NCBI GenBank assembly: GCA_013239625.1 | Contig: MU053472.1 | Location: forward strand, 3,011,822 to 3,075,821 | Reading direction: 5' to 3' | DNA from: Lama guanicoe | Taxonomy: Eukaryota | Length of the DNA: 64,000 nucleotides | Part shown: positions 11,407 through 22,040 of the stretch, in pieces | How the letters are laid out: each line of letters starts with the position of its first letter | Numbering within the stretch: the first letter of the stretch is position 1 | Program-made: the position numbers and the translations under genes | The notes under the pieces: model-generated | The model's database searches: none | What the model was told of the DNA's origin: nothing | Seen by the model: only the letters and a program-made list of their open reading frames with translations

Positions 11407-11870
11407 CGTGGCCATCAGGAAGATGCACCAGTTGGATCTCCTTTGAAAAAAGAACTTCCAACCATCCAGCTGCTGAGAGCAACTGGCTTGATAGTATCCA
11501 GCTGCAGCATCTTCAGTGTTTGAGCTGTAGCCATACTCTTCCTGAACAGCCCATAGACAATAACTGAACATGGTTATTGAACAATGGCCCGAACTATTTC
11601 TGCCCAACTTGGATCTCCTCTAATTGGCCATCTTTACTCCAGAGCCTCCTACTGAGTTGGTCAAAACATTGTCAGACTTGCCTTGTGTTCTGAGTCCCTC
11701 CTTGTTCAATCCTGTTTCCTCCCCACGCTTCTTTCACAAGTGTCAGCGTCACATGATGATCCAAGGGCTTTCCTTATCTAATCCTGCTTCTTCTCCATTT
11801 TTTCTTTCACAGGCATTTTACCCAAATCAATTCCTTGCACTCTTACTTTCTGGAAGACACATCTAACACG
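11407..11870 (+). mobile_element. 3' LTR of the ERV-L element (LTR16-like)
   Basis: Follows purine-rich GCCAGGGGG; LTR16-type motifs GGATCTCC...CAGCTGCTGAGAG...CTTCTTTCACAAGTGTC...CTTGCACTCTTA. Confidence 0.7.
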
Positions 11871-11894
11871 GATGGTTACAAGGGATGATTTCTT

Positions 11895-12100
11895 CCCTGT
11901 GAGATTTTGGGCAAATCACTTCAACTCTCTGAGTTTCAGTTTTTTCAGTATAAAGTGAGGATGTTATTACATCTCTCATTGGATTGTCGGGGGGCTTAAG
12001 TATGTGAAATATTTTAAAATTTGTATAAGATTTAAAGGAGAGAATGCATGTAAAATGTTTAGCAGACAACCTTGCACATTTGGTAAAAGTTAGCTGTTCG
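11895..12100 (+). mobile_element. MIR
   Basis: TTGGGCAAATCACTTCAACTCTCTGAGTTTCAGTTTTTTCAGTATAAAGTGAGG...ATGCATGTAAAATGTTTAGCA. Confidence 0.8.
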
Positions 12101-15100
12101 GCTAATGAAGAGATAAGGCAGACTATGAATAGGAATTCTTTAACTTTCTTCTACCCTAGTGGGTATGTTCATTTGTCTAGCAGTAGAGAATTATTATTTT
12201 TTCCCATGATCACTGACATCTCCACCTACAATGAGAAAACTGGCTATGACAAACCAAGAGGGTTTTAAAAAAATGGACCCCAAGTACAAGTAATGGTAAT
12301 GGTTTCTAGAAATGTGATTTCGTATTGATATAATGACAATGAAAATTGAGATGGAAATTGAATTTTGATTATGTAACCAAATGCAAATCTACATGTTAAA
12401 ACATGAGGAACAGTATACATTTTCCATATTTAAAAACTCTATTACAAGGGTGGGTAATTTACCCTCCTGCAGTGAGTTTTGATGTAGCTTTCACAGGTCT
12501 GTTACCAGGATCCATTTCAGTTTTCAATAACTTGTGTTTTCCTTTTTAAATCAAAAAGTTTCATTTGATCTCATTCTCATGTATAAACATGGACACATCT
12601 ATCTGTGCTAAAGTTTTCATAAAGGTAAAAAGAGGAATATCATTAGAAACTTTATCCAAAAGGTGAGAAAAGTCTAACTCAGCAAAAAAAGAAAAAAAAA
12701 ATCGCCAGTCTAGTGTCTCTACCCTGCCTATGATGAGTTTTATGCAGACTTTGTCACATGTGAACTAAATTTATGGCACAAGGCATTTATTACAGTACTT
12801 ATTACTTCCTCTGGTGAGTCCTTCAGCTAGTGGAATTTTAAAAGACACGCAACCTGAAGGACTTAATTATATTCTGCATTTGATTTTAGTGGAGAAACCA
12901 ATCATTACAGTGCACTAAGCCATGAGATAGAAATAACCATCCTTAGGAGAGAGGCTGACACCCTTTTATGTTTAACTTGGTAATTTTCTGAAAGCCATGC
13001 TATTTTCTGCATCTGTTGCTTTGTAAATTAATTTTGAGGAAACTTCCTTACTGGAGGTGGACAGTGTGAGGAGGAAAAATTCTCCTAGAATTTTTCTAGG
13101 AAGCACCTAGAGTACTTCATTTAACCTTTCCACCAGGAACTCACCCACCATATACACTCAAATGAGTGGATTCACAAATTGAAATTCATGTGTTCATCTG
13201 AAAAAAACAAACAAAAACATTAAAAAAAAAACTCTGTTGATCTAGTCAATTAGAGCAAAAATGATTTATTTGCCCTTCCTGCTACTTAATAGATTATCCT
13301 AAAATTCTGTTACAACCACTGCCCTAACAATCTCCTTGATGATCAGATGAATATAAAATCTTAAAGGCACACCTGATCCAAAATAACAATTAAACACATT
13401 GCCTCTACATCGTCTACCTTAAAAAGACATTAATGCTTAACATTATGTACACAGTCTACATATTCCATACCTAGTCATCAGTTACTATTTCACAAAAGTA
13501 AAGCCACTGGCGTGTCATATAACCTTTCTTCCTGTTCCACTGCTCCTCCCTGCAACCGTTGAGAAGCTCTTCCTGTCCCTGTATTTGCTTCCAACATTGC
13601 ACACATTTTCTTCTCATGCTTAAAAATAAATGTCAAGTTCCTGATCTTTTGTTAAAGAGTCATTGCCAAAGATGGTTTCACAGCAGGCGCCTTCCCAGGG
13701 AGAGAACTGGCTCACATTCCTGCTAAGAACGTAACCTGGGAATGATGGAAAAATAATTATAATCAGTGTCATAGAGCATATGGGTTACTACCAGCACGCC
13801 TGCCAAATAGGACCTGCTCTAATCTTTTCCATCCACTGTCCGTCGGCTGAGTCTAGCAAATAAATTCTTCATATGTGGATAAATGAAAGCCTAAAGCTCA
13901 CACATATTTCGCCTACATCCGAGAGGTTTCTGAGAGAAACCAGTAAATGCCTTGCATTTCTTAACTTCAGTTTCCATAAAACTACAGTTACTGTGACTTG
14001 TGTTTATAAACGTGGAACTGCCTTATTTCTCCTTCATCCTTCATCCTGGGTGACCCGTTAAGGTCAGTCCACAGATAGTAAAAGAAACGAGGCCATATAT
14101 ACATATATATATACACAAACACGTTGTTAAAAGCATTGTACTTTGCACTGATGCGTGTTTTGGCTGGATACACCCCCAACAGTATGTGTGGTTTCCAAAA
14201 GGGGAGCCATGCCGAGCTGATTAAATGGGAGCAGAAACACCAGGTGAAAATCATTATGGAATAAGGTCCTGGGTGATTTAATTAAGATCTTTATTGTTAT
14301 AAAATGGCTTTCCAAGTGTTTTTCCACTGAGCTTATATTTCACTCTACCATCCGCCCTGCTTTGCTTCTCTCAGGATAGGTGCCAGGTGGTATACAGTTC
14401 TTTTAGGAGAGAATTTTCTGTCTGTGGAATCTCGGAACACAAGCAAATCTGAGGCAGATTGGAATTTTCCTTACAAGCCTCTGTGTTTCAAACATTTGAG
14501 TCTTTTTCTACGCAGTGGAAAGATACAGTCCAGCCTCTCTTAAACTAGCATTCTATTATTTTCTAAGCACAAATAAATCAATAAACACAATAAGTATATT
14601 GGATGCTTTCTTGTTACACAATGCAGAGTAGACAAAGGAGGGACGTGCTAATTAAATATCGGTAGTTCTTATTTCCAATATTTAGAACATTTTAAGCGAC
14701 GAGAAAAATGAATTGAAAAATGAGATTGCTGTTTGCTACTATGGAGCCGCATTCATGTGGTCGCTACTTAATTAACAAAGATACAATAACACCGGACAGC
14801 TGCTTCTCTGTCCCCAAGACCCCTCTGTTCCTATTGAGACTTCAATATAGCTGTCTGAGGGTTCAAGCCGTGCTCTAAAATAAAGATTTTTTAGAGAGGA
14901 GTTGTATATTAATATTGTGAATTCCCCCCCTGCCCCTTTCCCGGTCACTCCAGCTCCCACTGCTAGAGTTATAAACATGAAATGACTTTTTTCCCCCAAG
15001 CAGCATTATCAGCTTTCAGGAAGACTTGCATTTCACTCCTTATTTTCTCCCCAGCATATGTCTGTAAAACCTTATGAAAACTCCAAGATGACCAATATCT

Positions 15101-15366
15101 GTGAAATCAGCTGGGTGCGATTCTGTATTTGTAGAGTTCAGTGAGTCAGAAACGGACATTCTCACTCAACAACTGTTCAGAGCAGGAGGGGAACTAGAAT
15201 TCAAAGATAAACCATTTTGACTCAGAAAAAGTTCTATCTATATTTCCTCTGTAACCTGTAATTTGAAAGAACCTAGAAAAATCTGCCAAAAGCCGGTCCC
15301 ATATCTTTTGTGAGGATACTGTGTATAGCTTCAGAAGGCTCCATAATTTGATTTATGAGGTGGCAA

Positions 15367-16025
15367 TGTTAGAGCAGGCAGATAGCTAGATATGAGCAGA
15401 GAAAGGGGGACACAGACCAAATGGCAGGAGTTGGGCAGAAAGGAGGGGCACAGGCCAAATGCAGAAAGCCACACATCATGTAAGCGGCAGGGGTCCCTGG
15501 GCAGAGAAAGAAAAGCAGGAACCTTGGGGCTGATAAGGGATCATGCCTTTTGGGGTGACAAGTGGCCTGGAGAAGAACAAAGAAAGGTGAAAAAAGGCAG
15601 GAATTTCCAGTGTCCAAATGTAACCTTTTGCTCTTTATGCCCTCATTTCAATAAAATTAGCCTGGCAGATCAGAAGTACCCATCATGCACCGACGCCATG
15701 ACACTTTCGATCCAGACTAAATAAGGACAAAAATCCCTCCTCCCTTTGGGAAGGTGGAGTTGGGATGATAATCAGGGAATATGATCCCAAACCCTTCCCT
15801 CCCCAACGAATATTCTGCCCATTCATTTTTACACCCTATGTAACTAACTTGCCAAAGAAACTCAGGGCAGCTGCTCACCTGAGCCTGCCCACTCTCCCCT
15901 TGAGAGTGTACTATCCATCCTTTAATATAATCCTCACTTCACCTTTTTAACCACTAAGTCTTGTCTCTGAATTCTTTCTGGGACGGGACAAGAACCTGGA
16001 ATGTCGGTTGCATCTATCGGCGACA
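15367..16025 (+). mobile_element. solo LTR, ERV1 class
   Basis: TGTTAG...GCGACA termini, 659 bp, perfect 4-bp TSD GCAA (15363-15366, 16026-16029); U5-like CTGAATTCTTTCT...CAAGAACC. Confidence 0.85.
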
Positions 16026-16213
16026 GCAAGATAAGATTGTAGGAGTCTTCTTCCATAATCTTACCTTCTATGTTATAGGAAGAGGCTGTGCTGTGCTTAT
16101 TAATAATAAAAACAACTCACCCACTTGTTCACTATAAAGGCAGACTCCAATGCCCTAGTGAGTTGTGTTCCCAAATTTACTACTTAGTTGGTTGTTTAGA
16201 AACCCAAGTGGTT

Positions 16214-16338
16214 GGTGGAGGGTGTAGCTCAAGTGGTAGTGCGCGTGCTTAGCATGCATAAGGTCCTAGGTTCAATCCCCAGTACTTTCTCTAAAAATAA
16301 ATAAACAAATAAATCTAATTGCCACCTCAAAAAAAAGA
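16214..16338 (+). mobile_element. tRNA-derived SINE (Vic-1-like)
   Basis: GGAGGGTGTAGCTCAAGTGGTAG...GGTTCAATCCCCAGTAC, tail AAATCTAATTGCC; diverged TSD GAAACCCAAGTG/GAAAATCCAAATG. Confidence 0.92.
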
Positions 16339-16489
16339 GAAAATCCAAATGACTTTTCCTTAGGCATAGTAGTATAAGTGGTAGTTAAATTCCAAGTATA
16401 TCCCCCAATCTGACTGACCTCTAAGTCACAGGAGTAAGGCCATCCTGAGTACCAGCTGTTAAGAGACACCTGAGCTAATAATTCTCCAT

Positions 16490-16940
16490 TTATCACCTGC
16501 TCTGTGATCTAGGCGGCTGAGTTATGAATGGATTCACTCACCTGGGTTCGCTTGCTTGGCTTCGGCCAGGAGGAGCATGGACCAGAAATGAGAGAGGGGG
16601 TGTGGTGTTTCTTCCTCTGTTCCTATTTTTCTTAGCTGCTGCCGATCTGACAGTGTCTGTGTCCCCCTAAGACTACCTCTCTAGCAGGGCAGCCCGTCCT
16701 CCACAGCTCCAGCTCTTACTGGGCTCTGGGAACATCATTTATTCACTCCCCCCTTGCCTGCCCCCACCCCACCCTTCCCCTTGACTTGGGGGTATAACCT
16801 CTCCCTGCTCTTGCTCTTGGTATCTCAGCATCCCGTGTTGGTTCTCTCAACCCTGTCCACACCTCGGTTAAAAATCCCTTCAAAAAAAGTCTTCATTTGT
16901 ACCATCTCAGTGGAATTCCATTCATTAAGATCCTGACCCA
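16490..16940 (+). mobile_element. ERVL LTR (LTR33-like)
   Basis: CTCTGTGATCTAGGCGGCTGA...CTCCAGCTCTTACTGGGCTCTGG...AACCCTGTCCACACCTC...ATCCTGAC. Confidence 0.7.
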
Positions 16941-17029
16941 AAGAGTTTCTTAACGTTTCCTGGGTGCAGAAGTCTCGGGCAGAATTTCAGGCAGGACCAT
17001 TCGCACATCTCACAGATGCCAATCACCTT

Positions 17030-17960
17030 CCTCCCGTGTGCCATTGATTGTGAATAAAACCGATCGAGTCCCTGCCTTTAAGGAATTTATTTTCCTCGTT
17101 GGAAGACAAATTTAGTAAATGCACAAACGGATAAACAAAATAGTTCTATGTTCTGGAAATATTTTGTAGGAAATAAACAGGGTGCCCTGAGAGAGGATCA
17201 CTGGTGGGGAGGGCGATTTTGGAGAGGGTGGTCAAGGAAGGCCTCACTGAGGAGGTTACATTTAGCTGAGACTTCAGGGTTGAGACGGGAGGGAATGGCA
17301 CCGAGCATAGCGTGGGCAAAGGGCAGCGGGAAATGGGCTTCAGGTGGGAGGAGCTGAAGTGTAAATGCTTAGAGTTGGGAAAAGAGCTAGGCCAGAAAAC
17401 CGGGACCTATGGCAGCTGCTTGACTTCAGAGGAAATTGAAGACAAATATTTGCAAGGTATGTGGGGAGGTGTATGTGGGGAGGTGTGACAGGAGCAGGGG
17501 CCAGGTGGAGAGGGGTACAAGATGAGGCTGGACAAGCTACTCAGAGAACTCCGGGCAGGGCCCTGTGGACCACGTTGAAGAGTATGGATTTTATTCCAAG
17601 TATGACGGGAAGCCAGGAAGAGTTTTTTTAAAAGAGCAAAGTGAAAAGGATCTGATTTATCTTTTTCAAAGCTCACTCCATGGAGAAGGGCTTCAGGGAA
17701 AAACGAGCAGAATCAGGGAGAAAAGTCAGAAAGCTACGAAAATAGTCCAGGCAGACGACGGCTGCATTTTGTTCTAAAGAGGTGGGAGTGGAGCGGCAGA
17801 CCTCTCTGAGCTGCAGAGATTGAGCTCAGGGAACCTGAGAAGGACGAGGTGTGGAGGAAGACAAGGGAAAGGGAAGAATCGAGAATGCCCCGTTCTCTGG
17901 CTTGGGCCACTGGCTGGATGTTGGACTGTTCACAGAGAGGAGGAAGATTAGGGGACAGTA
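17030..17960 (-). mobile_element. L2 fragments
   Basis: GTCCCTGCCTTTAAGGAATTTA, GGTGGTCAAGGAAGGCCTCACTGAGGAGG, GGATTTTATTCCAAGTATGACGGGAAGCC, AATAGTCCAGGCAG. Confidence 0.8.
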
Positions 17961-18452
17961 GGGATGGAGAAAGACTGATAAGGTGAAGATGAGTCAGACA
18001 GCAGGCAGATGGCTGCCGGAGCCTGGGACCCAGATTTGAGCTGGGGAAGCTGTTTTCCAGTTTCTTAGTGGTCGAGCAGGTTTCTCAGGCCAACCTGGCC
18101 TGGCCTAAAGGGATCTCCAGCAGGCCTGGGTGTCCTCACTAGAAATGGGGTTTAGATGTGAAGCCCCAGGGGGTAAAAAGCATTCCTATACCTTGCTTTG
18201 TCATTCGTGCACATATTTTCTTTGAAGATCTCAAAGAAAAAGAAGGCTGGTTGAAAGCAAGATATGAGAATTCCTAGGTCTTTGACTAAATGCCATCATA
18301 ATCTTGCCTCTCGAGTTCCAGTTTCAACATGACTTAATGGTATATTTAAAGAACAGCCCCCAGAGTCCAGTTTGGCTGACATACAGTAACATCCTTATGG
18401 GGGGAGGCATGTACCCATAGTAAGAGATAAGATGCTGAGGCTTTTCATTCCA

Positions 18453-18466
18453 GTTGTCATGGCAAC
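18453..18466. promoter_or_regulatory. candidate RFX X-box
   Basis: GTTGTCATGGCAAC, one mismatch from the palindrome GTTGCCATGGCAAC. Confidence 0.35.
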
Positions 18467-19479
18467 AGCCTCAAGGGCTCTGGAAGGAGGAAGGAGGAAG
18501 CTGGGAGGAGAGAGGGGAAACCAGAAGCTGTAGTGGCTGCTCGTCTTCCGAAGATGATTAAAGGCAGATATTTGTAAGCTGCATGGAGAACACACTCTGT
18601 AAATCCAGGGCAGTTATAAGTAAACAGTTTGTTAGTGGACAACTTGTTCGTTTTAAGGACCAGAGATACACATGAAAGCTTTATTAGACTTGATGCTCGG
18701 AGTACTTCATGCACCTGCTTTATCCCCTCTGCCCATCACACTGCCTGGGCAGGGGGAGCCCATGTACTTGAATGAACAAGCAAATGAGGTCCCAAAAGGA
18801 GAGTCACGTCTCTCCTTAATTTGTGTGTGTTTTGTATTTTGCAAGGTGGACAGATTCTTCGGGTAAAGATTCTATGTTACATCAAAACCGTATTCATATC
18901 ATGGTCAGTGATTACACGGTGAGAAGCCTGAAATGAAGACTCACTCTCAAAGACCAAAGACCCAAAGACCAAATCAGGAGGTCTCCCTCTCCAGGTCGGG
19001 TTCCGACACTCACTCACTAAACATGGATGGGATATTATGTAACCATATGCTTCCCACGGGGATCTCTGGTAGAACAGGCTTTGGATTCGATTTCATCTAG
19101 AAACTGAGAATCTTGGATGCACTGAAAGTTGTGGCAGTGAGGGAAGGTGACGGTGTGATAAAGAATACAGACAAGCGGACAGTCAACCCTAAAACACAAG
19201 GAAACCCAGGGAATGAAAATGTGTTCAAGGGACGGTGTTCCCTCTGGTGCCCACGTAAACATCAGACACTCCGATGGGAAAATCCTCAGCGGTGGGATCC
19301 TTCTGTAGCCCATCGAGAGCTTCCATTTACCTTCTCTCTCATTCTGCCCTCACCGAGCAGCCAATATTTTAATTGTAATTCTGTTTTCCTTAGATGCTGA
19401 AGACAGTACCTTGGACAAGAACCATGCCTAACTGGAAAAGTACATCCTCCTCTCTAAAATTTAAACACTCTACAGAGAT

Positions 19480-19980
19480 CTCCCAGCCCTCATGCTCTGG
19501 TCCCTGCTGATTTCTCTGACCTCATTTCCCATCACTCTCCCCCTCTGCTCTACGCTCTAGTCACATGGCCTTTCCATTCTGGAAACACCAACAAACTGTT
19601 TAAAGTGTTTAAACGTTGCCAAGCTGAGTAATACGACACCAAACTTCCCCACCTTCTAGTTTCACCTGCCAGCAGCGCTCTTCCCCAGATCTCCTCATGG
19701 CTGGTGAGTTCTTACCAGTCAGGTCTCAGCTCACCTGTCCCCTTTCCAAAACAAAGGCCTTCCCTGATCTCCGTGCCTGTGGTGACAACCTTTCCCCTTT
19801 CACGCCCCCCTTCCCCCTCCAGCAGCCACTACCTACCCTTAGCCTGTTTTATGTCTCACTATATAATACCTTTTTGGTTTACTTGTTTATTATGATTCCC
19901 AATCTAGAATAAAAGTCCAACATAGCTGCAGCCCCAGCAGTGAGCAGAGCATAACAAATAAATATTTGTTAAATGAATTG
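19480..19980 (+). mobile_element. L2 3' portion containing a 51-bp foreign insert
   Basis: CTCTGACCTCATTTCCCATCACTC, CTCTTCCCCAGATCTCCTCATGGCTGG, AAATATTTGTTAAATGAAT terminus. Confidence 0.75.
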
Positions 19981-21589
19981 TTATGTGGGAGAAAATGAAG
20001 AATGAGACGAGAGAGAGGAGATGTGAATGCAGAGAGCTATCTGAGGTATATGGAACCTTCCCTTGGGCCCACACTGTTACTTTTGCAAAGCACCATGACA
20101 GTACAGTCATTGCATATGTCTTACTTTTGTTTTTGTATGTCCCTTCACCCCCACTCCACTTTAGACCGTGAACAACCTGGGGCAAGGACCATCCTGTTCA
20201 TCTGGACATCCCCAACGCCCACATAAATGCACATAGGAGCACTCAACGCCCTGCTGATGGAAACGGGAAATTCAGAGAAAAATTAGAGGCTTTCTGTTGG
20301 GTGAGCTTGGCTTAACTGTCTGGACAAGAGCCTGCCAGAATAAGCAGTTTCTACAAGAAAACAAACAGGTATGTACGGGTAATGGCAGCACCAAAAGATG
20401 GTCCAGGGGGAGTCCTTTAGCCCTCCCTCCTCTGTGGTCTCACCGCCCCGCTCCAAGTAACTCCCAAAGAGATTCCAGGCAACTACCCAGCCAGACTGCT
20501 GCCCTGAGCTCCTCCTGCTTAGAAATGCTAGCGCCATCTCTGTACACGGAAATCAGACAGAAGCAGCTCCCACGTGACCCACGTCCAAAACGAGACTTAT
20601 GAAAACAGACCAGCTGAACATAAGGGTGCACAAAGGAGGCACCAGTGAGGACCAGCACCCGAAAGAAATGACTAGAAAGAACTGTTTAATGTGTTTCAAC
20701 GTTGCCAAGCTGAGTAACATGACACTCAACATGTTTTTTTTTTTTTTAGCTCAACTATATATAGTTTGCATCCTGGAATTCACTCATACTATATATAGTA
20801 GAGTCTTATGCATGCATTCGATCTGATTATGTGTGCTGGACTGAAGTGTTCCAGTGATGCCAGAAATGGAGAGAAAATGGAAATCTTCCCCCGGACCTAC
20901 GGGCATGTTCCTTAAGCCCCGTTACCGGCTTCACTAATGCGTGGCGGCGGCAGAAAGCTAATTGAGACCAGCCACGGAATAACAGGGTAGAGCCTCCCCT
21001 GGAAAGAATGCCTCCTTTCAGTCTTTTCTTTGTGGAGTATTTATTTATTTATTTAAAAACTGGCTACGGTCATCGTTCAGAAATAATACATATTAAAAAG
21101 AGGGTTTACAGGCCCAAATAATTCCCCAGCTTTTATAACAAAAGAATCACATACACAAAAATAGTTTATTGTCTTGTCTGCCTCAAGAAAGGCAGTTCTA
21201 TGAAACTGCTCAACACTGTTTCACGAATTTCAGTCTTTGGGATAGAAACAATTTGTCTTTAACTTTTGTTCTTTCTTGATTAAAACGGCAATTTTTCTGA
21301 CCTGCTTTGAAAAGTAAAATGTTCTCTCTGCCTAGCCTATTTCAGGCTGAGAAACTCTTACTTAATTCAGGCGTCTCAAATCTCTTTTTAAAAGCTACTG
21401 TTGGTCGTCTTTCTCCAAAACTTGAGCTGTCTGGTGGGAGTGAGCCCTGAGAAGACAGCCTCTGAGGGAGGGGGAGTCTTTCTGAGGAGGTGCTGTGGTG
21501 AATGTTTTTACTGCCTAGCCTTTAGGGTCCTTCCTGACAATGCACCCGGTTCCACTTGGGAGTGTTACTTCTCTCCTCTCCTCTCAACG

Positions 21590-22040
21590 TGCCCATTTCA
21601 GAGGAAGCGCACTTGCTCCTGTGCCCACAGTGGAGCATGTGACCTAGACTAAGCCAATGACTAGCATCGTGACTCTCTGGTTACAGTGACTGGTTGGGAG
21701 ATGGGCGCATGATTCAAAACAGGCCAATCAAAACCCGTAAGACTCAGTGCTGGGACTTTGATTGGCGCCATTAGAGAAAAAGTGGACCTTTCTTCTATAA
21801 TTGGTTGTTGTGATGTTGACAGCCTGTAGTGGCCAGGGACAGTTTATCCATTGGCAACTACGGAACAGAATTCATTCGGAGGAAGTAGAGCTGAGGACTG
21901 GACCCCAGTGGTCTCTAATTTAATGCCTGAATCAAGTTGTGTCTGAAGATCAATGCCTGGGCCTTTTGATGGACCTCAATCAATAAATTCCTTTTCTGCT
22001 GAAATCAATTTGGGTTGGGTTTTCTGACACCTGCATCAAA
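21590..22040 (+). mobile_element. MaLR LTR (MLT1J/K-like)
   Basis: CATGTGACCTAGACTAAGCCAATG...CAGTGACTGGTT...GGCCAATCA...CAATAAATTCCTTTT...TTGGGTTGGGTTTTCTG. Confidence 0.75.

Noticed and set aside
20901..20910. p53 half-site GGGCATGTTC
   Set aside because: No adjacent second half-site
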